Below, one piece after another: positions 39,230 to 52,115 of a stretch of DNA of 64,000 nucleotides. The position numbers and the translations under genes are program-made. Below the pieces are notes generated by a model, which ran no database searches, was not told the DNA's origin, and saw only the letters and a program-made list of their open reading frames with translations. Origin of the DNA: Malacoraja senta (Eukaryota); assembly GCA_038087875.1 (NCBI GenBank), contig CM075993.1, positions 9,424,001-9,488,000 on the forward strand, in the 5' to 3' direction. Numbering within the stretch: the stretch's first letter is position 1; the number at the start of each line of letters is the position of its first letter.

Positions 39230-39286
39230 ATGACCCATATGTAAAACATTACGCTGATGCAGCGTAATGTTTTACATATGGGTCAT
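39230..39286. repeat. Perfect 27-bp inverted repeat with 3-nt loop
   Basis: atgacccatatgtaaaacattacgctg-atg-cagcgtaatgttttacatatgggtcat. Confidence 0.95.
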
Positions 39287-39374
39287 TCAAACTCTCTTCA
39301 AATGGCAGTGAAACAGAATTTCAATTTTTTTTTAAGGCAGAAGTGGATAGATTCTTATTAAACAAGGAAGTAAA

Positions 39375-39812
39375 TCGCCTTCCCATTCCCACACTGACCT
39401 TTCCGCCCTAGGCCTCCTCCATTGTCAGAGGGAGGCTAAACGCAAATTGGAGGAACAACATCTCATATTTCGCTTGGGAAATTTACACCCAGGGGTATGA
39501 ATATTGATTTCTCTCATTTCAAGTAACCCCTGCATTCCTTCTCTCTCCATCGATCCCCCACCCAAGTCATACTAGCTTTTTGTTCTCACCTAGCAAACAG
39601 CTAACAATGCTATGTTTCCTTTATCATTGTTACTTTTTTGAATATCTTTCATTCATTTGTTCTATATCTCACTGCATCATCATCTCTATCTCTCGTTTCC
39701 CTTTCCTGTGACTTTCAGTCTGAAGAACGGTCTTGACCCAAAACGTCACCCATTCCTTCTCTCCAGAGATGCTGCCTGCCTCGCTGAGTTACTCCAGCAT
39801 TTTGTGTCTATA
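39375..39812 (+). mobile_element. Penelope-like element 3' end: GIY-YIG C-terminus, 3' UTR and pLTR with hammerhead motif (39720-39748)
   Basis: KRKLEEQHLIFRLG...IDFSHFK* followed by CTGAAGAACGGTCTTGACCCAAAACGTCA. This links the short dispersed repeat to the autonomous element. Confidence 0.85.
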
Positions 39813-40704
39813 TTAGGTAAAAGGGTACCTTCGATGGACAGTAATGTAGAGTTGAGGTTATAATTAGATGCTACTGTCTTATTTAATGGTAAAGTAGATA
39901 TGAATGAGCAGCCTTCAGCTCGTATATTGTATGTTCATTAGGCATTTGCAAAATTGATGTTAAAGTGCTACCATTGATAGACTAGTATATTAAAACATAG
40001 CAAGTTTACATAGACAGGTTTCATAGTAAATGTTACTTCAGAAATTATGATGGAGAAAAGGGTAACAAAAAATCTGTAAAGTTATAATATTTTTTAATTA
40101 CTTTGATATAACAGTGTTTTAAAAGAACTCAATTCTGACCAGAATAAATATGAACACATTTCCATAGTCCAAAATCAGCAGAATAGAATGGCAGTCTTGA
40201 TTCTGAAAGATTGTCACCTTTCTTATTAAAAAAGACAGTGTTGGAGTAATTCAGCAGTCAGGCAGTATCTCTGGGTCATCTTTCATATCAATACAGGGGA
40301 GGGGAAGCGACTCTACGGTGTCAGAAAATGTCAAGAAGGAAGCTGATTATCTTTGTGCAGTTCAATGCAGAATCAATGCTGACCTCTCATGCTGTTGCTC
40401 ACATGTACGTGGGATTGAAGGCTAACAAGTGATGTGTAAGGTTGATAATATTCCAAATCAGTGGGGTTAGTATCATGGGATCTGAAAGAAATACACAGTA
40501 TGTAATCAATGCTTGCCAAGGGATGAGAATGTAGCATTTGATCCAGAGATAGCAGTTGGGGGGGGGGGGGGGGGAATAATATAGATTCTGAATATCCTCA
40601 TGTCTTTACAATTTAAGATTGTTTGTGATTGACCGTTAAAAGGAACATACAAAAACATCTCAGTTCCTCCACCTCAGCTTTTGACCCAAGTTACCACAGG
40701 GAGT

Positions 40705-42077
40705 AATACTCGGAGTGGCATGTGACAAGTGGTGTGCCTCAGGAATTGGTGCTGGGCTCATTGCTGTTTGTGGTTCATGGCAATGATTTGGATGAAGATG
40801 TAGAAGGCATGATTAATAAGTTTGTAGATGACACTAAAGTGGGTGGTGTGGTAGATGGTGAAGATGGTTATCAAAAATTACAACAGGATCTTGATTAGTT
40901 GGGCAAGTGGGCAGAGGAATGATTAATGGAGTTTAATGCAGATAAGTGCGAGGCGTTGCATTTTGGGAAATCGAACCAGGGGAGGACCAACACTGTGAAA
41001 TGGCAGAGCTCTGGGGAATGTTGTAAAGCAGAGGGATTTAGTAGTGTAGGTATATAATTCATTGAAAGTAGCATCACAGGGAGATAGGTGGTCAAGGCTT
41101 TTGGTACATTGGCTTTCATCAGTCAGGGTATTGAGTATTGACTTTGGGATGTTATGTTACAGTTGTACAAGATGTTGATGAGACCACGTTTGGAGTATTG
41201 TGTGCAGTTTTGGTCACCTTGCCATGGGAAGGATGTTGTTGAGCTGGAAAGAGTTCAGAGAAGATATACGAGGATGCTGCCAGAACTGAGGGCCTGAGAA
41301 AAAGGGAGAGGTTGGGCAGGCTCGGTCTTTATCCTTGGAACGGAGGATGAGGAGTGATCTGATAGAGATGTATAAGATCATAATGGGAATAGATAGGGTC
41401 GATGCACAGGAATGAGAGACTTGAATATAGAGACTTCCAACCAAACACATTCACCTAAATATCAAAAGGAGAGTCCAGAATAGGGGAATCAAGAAACAGA
41501 GGACAGAAAAAAATAAAGAAACAAAAAAAAAAATTCGCACAGGGTGGTGGGTATATGGAACGAGCTGCCAGAGAAGGTAGTTGAGGCAGGTACTATAATT
41601 AAAAGACATTTGGCATGGGTAGCAAAGGTTTAGAGGGATAATGGATCAAGCACAGGCAGGTGGGACTAGTGTAGATGGAGCATCTTGGTCGGCATAGGTT
41701 GGGCTGATGAGCTTGTTTCTGTGATGTTTGGTGGACTTTGTGGGGTGGGAGGACCCGTTGCTCCTCCTGTGCAGACTTTCGTGTTCGTCTTCTAGGTCTG
41801 CTCAAGTACTTGAGAGTCTTCAAGGTACAACATAAGTCTTTATTACATTAGTTCAATGCTGGCAGCAAGACAACTCAAAATGGCTGCACACACAGAATCT
41901 ACAGACAGCATAACAATCAAAGATACTAGAGGAGCTACTCTAGTATCTTTGATAACAATATACAAGACATCTGCCTTTGTCCCGTGCAGCGCCACCTGCT
42001 GCACGGGAGGAGCAACGGGTCCTCCCACCCCACAGAATCCACCAAACATCACAGTTTCTGTGCTGTATTACTCTCTG
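40705..42077 (+). mobile_element. CR1 LINE fragment; its 3' end is split by the 41720-42053 insertion
   Basis: SGVPQ..KFVDDTKVGG..LQQDLD-type RT remnants; tail gcttgtttc[...]tgtgctgtattactct. Confidence 0.85.
41720..42053. mobile_element. 334-bp TGT...ACA element with 55-bp TIRs and 5-bp TSD (Ginger2-like MITE or unusual solo LTR)
   Basis: TIRs 41720-41774 and 41999-42053 match at 52/55; GTTTC at 41715-41719 and 42054-42058; AATAAA on the minus strand. Confidence 0.85.
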
Positions 42078-42762
42078 AGTGATATTACAGATTGACCTAA
42101 ATTTCCCATTTTCAGAGTAATGCACTGGGAATATAGAACATAGCACAGGACAGGCCATTCTGTGTCTGTGCCATAATAAATTAATCTCATCTGCCTGCAC
42201 ATGATCCATATCTAAAAGCCCCTCGAAAGACACTTTTGTGCCAGCTTCCACCACCACCACCCCTGAGAGCACTCCAGGCACCTCCCCTCCCCTCTGTGTA
42301 AATAAAAACTTACCCTGCACATCTGCTTTATTAATTTTAACATTAATTGTAAAACCAACCCTCTAATTCCAAAAAAACGACGATCTGATTTATGGGAATT
42401 GCAAAGCAAAAGATGTAATAAGCCATCCGTGGAAGGTATGAGAGACTTGAATATAGAGACTTCCAACCAAACACATTCACCTAAATATCAAAAGGATAGT
42501 CCAGAATAGGGGTATCAAGAAACAGAGGACAGAAAAAAATAAAGAAACAAAAAAAATTTTCTGCAGGAATAGGAAAATGAGAATTATATCATAAATTATT
42601 ATCATTGTCCTTGAATTAATTCTGCTGGTTTTAAACAATGACGATGCGGATTGAAAGAAAATATTTCTCAGCGGGTCTCAACAATGCTATAAAAAGTAGC
42701 TTGGTCAATAGAAGCCACAGGGCTCGGTACAGATTTCGTTTCAGCTCATCCCTTTCTTTCCT

Positions 42763-42858
42763 AGGTAGACACAAAATGCTGGAGTAACTCAGCGGGACAG
42801 GCAGCATCTCTGGAGAGAAGGAATGGGTGGCGTTTCGGGTCACCCTTCTTCAGACTGA
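42763..42858 (-). mobile_element. Penelope pLTR fragment with hammerhead remnant
   Basis: Reverse complement tcagtCTGAAGAAGGGTGACCCGAAACGCCAccc. Confidence 0.75.
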
Positions 42859-44134
42859 TCAGACAGACCCTTTCTTTCCTGTTAGAATGCAAGTCAGTTA
42901 GGGTTGTGCCTTCTCTCAACTTTTGGCAAGGAAACTGTCAGCCAATACATTAAACAGGGGGAAAAGAAACTGTATATGTTTCCAAAGTGCGCTCCATACC
43001 TTCAAAACTTAGAGGTGAATGGACCTGGGAGAGAAACGGCCAGCAAAATAACATTTGAGACTGACTAAATAAACGCAAGTTTCTAAAATATTTTTATCAA
43101 GTTGCTGCAGTCTGAGGCTTGGTGACCCAGCTGCCTATTAGCATGGGATCTGTTCACCGTCCAGCTGCTGAGAGCTGCTGAAGTTGAGCCAGGAGGCCCC
43201 ACCTGTCTGGGTTTCATTTCTCATAGCTGAATTATCTAACGGCCTTTAAGTCAGGGCACGGATGTGTCGGGCCGTGAAGCAAATTCTTTGTCTAACTTTT
43301 TGGACAAAGACAGCGTGATCTGTCGGTAAAGTATTTGCGAGCACGGAGCCATCCGACTGAAGCAGGAGCTAACAACATTTTCAAGGAAAGATCTTTTAAT
43401 GTCCAGCAGAACATGCTCCCTTAAGGCTCCTCGAAGAATTTGGCACAGTGACAGTGCTGGATTTGACAGGCTGTGTGGAATAAGCTATGTAACTTGGCGT
43501 CAATAGGCCTCCAAAGACTATTCAAAAACAACTGGGGGTTCTTTAATGTGTGTGAAACACTGAAACATTTCGGTGAATGAAATAAGATGCCTTCCCTTTA
43601 CCCACAACCAGCTTTGCATGAAATTCTACTCCCGGTTCTGAATTAATTAAAGTAATTGTGGATTTTTTTTCGTGGATTTTCTGATATAAACTTGACGTGA
43701 ACCCTTGAAACATTCCTCCGAATTTGTTTTACCAGTCTAATTTGTTACATTCCAAGTGGGTACAATCTGCAACAGAACCTTACGAAGAGCGACCGAGTTT
43801 AAACAATTCATTGGGAAATAGCAATGCGCGCAGAAAGTCACGACATTGAACGATTCGAACAAGTCATGATTTTACAAAACAAAGCAAAATACGTTTTTGT
43901 GTTCCAGCTCTTTACCCTGAATGCTGAGACAGCCTCCCAACAACTTTTAACCAATTACATGGACAGCAGCTGAACGGTATCTTTGGTTTCGTGGTTAAAA
44001 CTGTAACTCTTGTTCATGCAATGTCAGGTGTTTCTTAACACCGCTTAGCTCAAAACGTGTTCACTAATATCCTTTAATGAAGGAACCCTGTCGTTCTTAT
44101 CCGGCCCAGCTCATGTACAAACTTGGTCTCAAAC

Positions 44135-45004
44135 TAGAGACAAGAGAGACAAGAGACATTTATTGTCACATGCACCAATTGGTACAGTGAAATTTGGGGG
44201 TCACCATACAGCCATACGAATAAAAAGAGAAGAACAGAACACGATAGTCTTTAACATAAACATCCCCCACACGGAATCAAAGTTTCCCACTGTGAGAGAA
44301 GAAGGCACAAAGTTTAGTCATCCTCCTCTTTGATGTTCTTTGATGTTCACCCGTGGTCGGGGCCTCCCGAAGCCCCCCCGCAGTCGCTGCTATGGGCAGC
44401 CCGATGCTCAGGCCCTCTCGCCGGGATGATGGAACTCCGACGTCGGAACATGAGAACATTCTCAGCGGCTTGGACATCCGAATTGGCCACTTCCTACCGG
44501 AGTCCGCGGCTCCCGAAGTCCACAGGCCGAGCTGGGCGGAGATTCACGTTGGCGGCCCTCGGCAAAGGGATCCCAGGACTCCGCGATGTTGATGTCAGCG
44601 CCGCCCACGCTGGAAGCTCTACAAACCACAGCTCCACGATGTTGAAGCAGCAGGCCCAATACTCTGGAGCTTCAAACAGCAATCCCAGGTAAGGCATCGC
44701 CCGCTCCGCAGTGAATCCAGTGCTGCGCCGCCACTGAAACTCTGGTTCAGGTCCCCAGCAGGAAAGGCCGCTCCAATCCAGGTGGTAGGCCGCGAGGGAG
44801 GGGGGCAAGGACACGACTCGGAGAATAGTCGCATCCTCGCCAGGAAGTGACTGGGAAACGGTTTCCCCCTTCACCTCCCCACCTCCCCCACATAGAAATA
44901 CTAAAAAATAATCCAACACATACTTTTTAAACAGACTAAAAATAACAAAAAGATGGAAAAGCAGACAGTAGGCAGAAGCTGCCAACATGCGGCGCTCCTA
45001 GTGG
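44135..45004 (-). mobile_element. ~870-bp GC-rich non-autonomous retroposon with Rex1-type 3' tail
   Basis: Minus strand ends aatttcactgtacc..catgtgacaataaa plus a short-repeat tail, also seen at 50746-50803, 62640-62675 and 63625-63656. No LINE ORF. Confidence 0.65.
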
Positions 45005-45183
45005 TGGAAGAGCTAATACTGTTGACCCAGAACTGCCCTCTAAAAATGGTCCAGATAGTCCCGATAATGTCGGAATCTATTCAAAGAAACCAGGGAACAT
45101 CGACTGCCAGCAGGATCTATATTTCCCAGGAATGAGTAAATAGTGATATCTTATTTCAGGACCAATAAACAAACTAATTCTGA

Positions 45184-45288
45184 AGTCCGAAGAAGGGTCT
45201 CGACTCTCCAGAGATGTCCTGCTGAGTTACTCCAGCTTTTTGTGTCTATCTTCGGTTTAAACCAGCATCTACAGTTCTTTCTTATACA
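45184..45288 (+). mobile_element. Penelope pLTR fragment
   Basis: gtccgaagaagggtctcgac..gctgagttactccagctttttgtgtctatcttcggtttaaaccagcatctacagttc. Confidence 0.75.
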
Positions 45289-47493
45289 AACTAATTAGCC
45301 TGATTTTGTGAAAGAAAGTCGAAAATTGAGTCCAATTTTAAATGCTTAACGCATTCAACAGCGTATAACTCTTTAAAGTTTTACTTTTATATTTTTCTTA
45401 CAACATAGGAGAAAACCATTTTACCCCTTCAGCCTCTGTCAACTCTTCCAGCATCTCATCAATCCCATTCAGTCTTCCTTGCGACCTAACCTCTTTCCCA
45501 TCATCTCTTCCTCCTCCCAATTCTCTTTACCACCCAACTGCACGAATTGCATTTTGCAGAAGCCAGTTAATCTCTCAGCACAATCTTGGGATCTGGGAGA
45601 AGCTAGAACACATGGGGGAAACTTGTATAATCTTGGAGAGAATTTGCAAACTGCAGAGACAGCACCTGAAGTCACATTTTATGTGGAACACTGGAGCTGC
45701 AAGGCAGTGGCTCATAAAAGAAAAGAGAAATAAAGCTAATAATACTAAAATTGTAATAATTACTAAAATGAATCAATACAGCTTTGCCCCATTTCCTCCA
45801 AATATTCCAGCCCTGCTCCACATCTTCTCTTATTTCCCATGAACTCCAGCTTTTTGTTCATTTCTGGAGGTTTAGTTTTGCCTTCTTTCTTCTCAACTCT
45901 GAATGCTCGTGCCCTGCCCCATTAACCCTGCCTAAGGGTTATCCTAAGGGTTTGCATTCTATCAAATGGACAAAATTCTTCCCCCATTTTGTCCAAAATG
46001 CTGTATTTGTAACAGACTTCAATGACTCCAGAACACAAATTAGTATTTCCGTTTGTTCTTTACTCCAGGGTCAACTTACTCACTATTGATTCTTCACCTA
46101 CTTTCTGCTGGAAGTGACCTTTCGGACCAGAAGCACAAAACAAACATAGGTGGGACTATGTTAATTAAGCTGTTTCAAAACATAACTCCTTGAATATATA
46201 TTTAAAAATTACATTTTTCATTAAACTCCAAAGATCAATAGAATGCAACTTTGTGAACAAAGAACACATGGAGATGTCTGATGTACAGAGCTCCATCAAA
46301 ATTGTATTGGTTATATTTTTCTATGGTTATATGTACTGGATATAACATATAAAAATGTACTGGTTATATTTTGAGAAGTCAACACTGTGATAATGTCATC
46401 CTCTGCACAGAGAACTTGAAGAAGATGAAATGTTATTCTACATTCTAAGGAAAAGGTCCTTTGTTCATTTTGCAACATAATTAAAGTAATGGAGCCAATA
46501 GTGTGCCAAATTGTGCAGGTGATTTAGACTTTAATGAAAGACCAGCTGGCAGGGGATTGCCCATTTTACTTTCACAGGCCTAGGGCCAGGAATGAGTAAT
46601 TCCTGCAGACACCAGATGCTATTGTGGAATTTCTGTTCATTTTCCTCTCTGTAGATAAACATTTGGCAACTCAATACAGAGAAGACATGGATGTTGCGTT
46701 CCTTGTTAAGACGTTTAGCAATGCAGGATGAAATGCCCAATACTCAAACACAAGTTCGCAGCCTGCAAGGCTTTTAATGATGAATGCTTGTTGTCATTCC
46801 TGCTGCTGTTATATTAGATAAAGCAACTCGTGTAACCAAGCAGATGGAATTAGGCATTTAATTCCTTACATTAAATGTTGTCTAATGTAAAGGTTGTCGA
46901 GGACAAATGCACAGAAAATGATATTTAAATTGGAGAATTTTAAGTAAACAAAATGTCAGAATTCCAATAGACAAAAGTTAGGATTTCTCTTGAGCTCGGC
47001 AGTGAAAAGATAATTGGGATCCTTTAATATATTTGGCTTGGTGGGTAGATCTGAGACAGGACACAAAGACACAGGTTACATGATGGACATCGAGGTGGAC
47101 CAGGGCACTTGCATATTGTTTTCTGTAAGGCTATATAATTATTTGCCATGCCAAAGAAAATAATTCCCAAGGCATCATCCCACCTCCCACCACTACCAGT
47201 ACACATATGGATTATCTTCAAGTTCTGCATTTCATTTTAAGAATAAAGAAATGCAGAAAAAAATATCACTTGTTACATTCTTGATTTTTGTTGTAAAAAC
47301 ACAATCGACCCAGATTTTTCACTTGCCCTCAATTGAGTCTTGGATCGATGCAAAAGGAAATAAGTAGCTGGAAGGAATTGCCTACATAATCTACAAAGAT
47401 GCCAATTACCTGGTTTTGTCTTTCTGAGAATGCTTCCCAGATTTATGATACGTACTGGTAAAAAGGACAAGGGCAACTTGTACATATGAATTA

Positions 47494-47704
47494 TGTAGAA
47501 GGAACTGCAGATACTGGTTGAAACCGAAGATAGACACAAAAAAGCTGGAGTAACTCAGCGGGTCAGACAGCATCTCTGGAGAAAAAGAATAGGTGACATT
47601 TCGAGTCGAGAGAAGAAGGATCTCAACCCAAAACGTCACCTATTCCTTTTCTCCAGAGATATTGTCTGACCCGCTGAGTTACTCCAGCTTTTTGTGTCTA
47701 TCTT
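47494..47704. mobile_element. Palindromic (head-to-head) Penelope pLTR pair with ~75-bp arms
   Basis: 47527-47601 is the near-perfect reverse complement of 47631-47704; the junction lies within the hammerhead region. Confidence 0.85.
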
Positions 47705-49375
47705 TGTGTACATATAAGCATCGCCACTTTATTAGGAAATACTTGATTGTTACTGCAGATTGCACCTTGGGACTACTAACACCAGGAGTGTAATAGTTTA
47801 AATTGGCATCACACCCCCATCTTTTACTAAAGAAACAAGGATGGGTGACAAATGTTGAACCTCCCAGTAATGTGCTCATCCAATCAAAAATAATATTAAA
47901 AAATAAGCAAAATATCTGACTGATTCTCCTTAGAATTCTAGTAAATCTACATATTAGTATCCCCAATAAACTCTGCAAGATTATGGTACAACCTATTATA
48001 ACAAAAGCCATCTGGCTCAATAACATCATTTTGGGAGGAAAATCCATCTTTCCCCATCTGGCCCACATGTGTCTCTTAACAATTCTCTGAAATGGCCTAT
48101 CAAGCTAAACAATAATCATTATGTTAGAGCAGAAAAACTATAAAATAGGATACACCACCCAACTTCAACGAGGTACTAAATATCAATATCACTTCCAGCC
48201 TTGTTGTCTTTGGAGTATCGTTCTCTTAAACATCTGAAATCAATGTGTTGATTGGAGGGGCTGACGCACAGACTAGACTTATAACTGCATTATGTCACTT
48301 ACTTAACGACATCATACCACATCATGCCCTAAAGACAGACCCACCAGATGTGGCCAGAGAGGAACCCTCAATATTGACTGTAGACCCCATGAAATCTTGT
48401 ACTCAGATCATTCATTGGCAACTAAACCTGGTTATCATTCTACCCTTGATGTCAAGGCAACATTTGACTCATTGTGGCATTACGAAGCCCCAGCAAAACC
48501 GAAATAAATCGTATCAAGAAGAAAACATTCCAATGATTAGAGTCATATCTCACACAAAATGGTGAGATGGTTGTTGTCATTATTGTCGGTCAATCATCCC
48601 AACCCAGAACACCACTGCAGGAATTTATCAGCACAGTAACTTGCTGGCTTGAGTTCTGCTTTTGGTCAGTCCTGTGCTGGGCTTCACCATACCCCTCCTT
48701 TAAGTTTTGCTGGGGTCACCTACTCTGGTAGTATCTGGCAGTCAAAGTTGTTGGCATTCAATGTGCTCTTGGCCTTGCTGCAATCTATTCTCCTTTGAAC
48801 CTTCCCAGGGTCTTTCCTGACATTAGCCTTGTGCGATCTCTCCTCCTCTCTGCCTTGTTGGGAGTCAACATTCTGGTGATTTGTTGGGCTTTAACAGACT
48901 TTGGGTCTTGATTGAATCAGTCCTGTTTTGAGCCTTCCCTGTCTCTCCTCTATAAGTTTGGTCGGGATCTGCCCTGCTGTGGGACTTACAGTGATTAGTC
49001 CTGTTCTGGGTCTTGGAGTTCTGGGACTCCCATTCAATACCAAGCAAGAACCAAAGAAGGGTAAACCCCATCCCACCTGGGAAAGGACCTTTTCCACCAC
49101 AGTCATTCCTTATTCTCCTCGCTCATGTTGGGCATTAGATACAGAAACTTGAAAACATTTGCTACCAGACTCATGAACAGCTTCTCCTCCTCTGTTATCA
49201 GACTTCTGAACGACCCTTCCACAAGCTAGGGTTCAGTGCTGATTATCTAAGCTATCTCATTGTGTACATTGGGCAAGTTCTTTGGAACTGTTACACTACA
49301 ATGCTGAGAAACTATATTCTGCACTCTGGTATTTTTTGGAGTTGTGTTTGGCTTGATTGTATGCATATACAGTGT

Positions 49376-50358
49376 TATTTATATTAATGATCTGGATGAA
49401 GGAATTAAATGCAACATCTCCAAGTTTGCGGATGACACGAAGCTGGGGGGCAGTGTTAGCTGTGAGGAGGATGCTAGGAGGCTGCAAGGTGACTTGGATA
49501 GGTTGGGTGAGTGGGCAAATGCATGGCAGATGCAGTATAATGTGGATAAATGTGAGGTTATCCACTTTGGTGGCAAAAACAGGAAAGTAGACTATTATCT
49601 GAATGGTGGCCGATTAGGAAAAGGGGAGATGCAACGAGATCTGGGTGTCATGGTACACCAGTCATTGAAAGTAGGCATGCAGGTGAAGCAGGCAGTGAAG
49701 AAAGCGAATGGTATGTTAGCATTCATAGCAAAAGGATTTGAGTACAAGAGCAGGGAGATTCTACTGCAGTTGTACAGGGTCTTGGTGAGGTCACACCTGG
49801 AGTATTGCGTAGTTTTGGTCACCAAATCTGAGGAAAGACATTCTTGCCATAGAGGGAGCACAGAGAAGGTTCACCAGACTGATTCCTGGGATGGCAGGAC
49901 TTTCATATGAAGAAAGACTGGATAGACTCGGCTTGTTCTCGCTAGAATTTAGAAGTTGAGGGGGGATCTTATAGAAACTTACAAGATTCTTAAGGGGTTG
50001 GACAGGCTAGATGCAGGAAGATTGTTCCCGATGTTGGGGAAGTCCAGAACAAGGGGTCACAGTTTAAGGATAAGGGGGAAGTCTTTTAGGACCGAGATGA
50101 GAAAATCATTTTTCACACAGAGAGCGGTGAATCTGTGGAATTCACTGCCACAGAAGGTAGTTGAGGCCAGTTCATTGGCTATATTTAAGAGGGAGTTAGA
50201 TGTGGCCCTTGTGGCAAAAGGGATCAGGGGGTATGGAGAGAAGGCAGGTACAGGATACTGAGTTGGATGATCAGCCATGATCATATTGAATGGCGGTGCA
50301 GGCTCGAAGGGCCGAATGGCCTACTCCTGCACCTATTTTCTATGTTTCTATGTTTCTA
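49376..50358 (+). mobile_element. CR1 (HER1-like) 3' ~1 kb, inserted into a Rex1-type 3' UTR (49140-49375 / 50359-50432)
   Basis: [33 protein letters not shown]; RGDLIETYKILKG; (TTTCTATG)n tail. Confidence 0.95.
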
Positions 50359-52115
50359 TTTGATTTGACTGGACAGCAGGCAAACAAAGTATTTCCACTA
50401 TTCCACACATGATACCAATAAAACCTAAACCTAAACCAGCAAGATCAGAACAAGACAGACCCCAAATAGTCCAAGAATGTCCCAGCCAAACTCAATCAGA
50501 GCTGATGATAGCTGGCCTTGAATTGCTATCTCCTGTTCTGGATCTTCTGTGCTCTCTTCTCGACTGGGCTTTCCTGGAATTGGTCTTGTTGTCTTTCTTG
50601 TCTTGTCAGTCCTCCACTGGGCATCGCTGAAGTGAGTCTTGCTCAAGGAACTGCAGGAGTCAATCCTGCTGCTGGCCGAGTTGAATCTATCCTGCTGATG
50701 TACCGAATTGGAGCAATTGTTTTGCTAGGCTCTGATCAAGGTAACTCCAATTTCACTGTACCTTAATTGGTACATGTGACAATAAACTGACCTTGAAACC
50801 TTGATCTGCCCTGGGGTGTCATGTGATCAGTCCTGCTCTGGTCTTGTTGGAGTGTCTTCTGCTTGGGACCTTCCTTTACATGTACACCCTGGACCTTTTT
50901 AATGCTGTCTCAAAGTCACTGCAAGTCACAATAAGCGGGGCCTCCTTTTTCTCTTCCTGCTCTCCAGTGTTGATAGCGCATAATCAGGAGGCATACACAA
51001 AGAAACAATGACAACCAAGGTGAATTATAGAAAGTGTTAAAAGACTGAAGAAACAGATATAGTAATGTTAAGAAGCCACTAATTTTCTCAATGAGAACTG
51101 ATGTTGGCGCCCAATCTGTCAATCAAAAATTACTCTCCGATTCTTGGAATTTTAATCATCCCACCATTGGAGGAAGATTAAGGAAAGACACAAAATGCTG
51201 GAGTAACTCAGCGGGTCAGGCAGCATCTGTGGAGAAAATGGATAGGTGATATTTCAGGTCAGGAGGCTGTTCTTTGAACTGATTTGGCTCTCTTCTAAAA
51301 TTAACCTGAACCTTCCTGTCATTCTATTTATTCCTTCCTTTGATCCTTATTTGCAAAAATATCTTCCTTTGTGGCTCAATGTCAAGTTTTATTAGATAGT
51401 GCTCCTGCAAAATACCATGGAATGATTTATTATTTGAAGGGCACATATTTTGTGCAAGCTATTCCATTTATGGAAATCAATTTATTTAAATATGCATATG
51501 ATCAAAAAAGGTGAAAAATTCAAAAACATATCTTCCAATAATAAATAAAGTGATGTTGCGTCATACATGTGTCTCTTAATGTCTTACAAAACAATGTGCA
51601 GTATCCAACATATATTGTCAGATTCTTTGCAAGGAAGGCGACCAGGGAATCATCCCATTTGTCATTTGTTGTGGCAGGGCTCCTCCTGTTGTTCAAGTAA
51701 GGAAATGCATTGCACACAGGCCAACCCATCCAGAAAATGAAATATCACAGCATGAAACTGGTAATCAGTCGCAAATCCAATGGAGAAAATTGCAAATGCA
51801 AATTTATAAAGTGTGATGTATTAATAACATATGTAGCTTAGTGACTGACTGTTTATTACAATAAGTTAATTGAAGCAATTTCCCCCTGTCACTTCTTTTA
51901 AAAGGCAAGTGATTATCATCAATAAAATCCTTAACATACTTAACACAATTCTAACATCTGAAGTGAAATTTTGATTTATTTAATTCTCTTAACTTTATTG
52001 TTATAATTATAATTGATAGATTTAATCCTGTTTTGAGTTGATTCCCCCCAAAAAATTGCTGCTGCCAATGAAAAATCTGAATTGTTAATGGTTCAGCGTT
52101 TTCTCACTATTTGGT

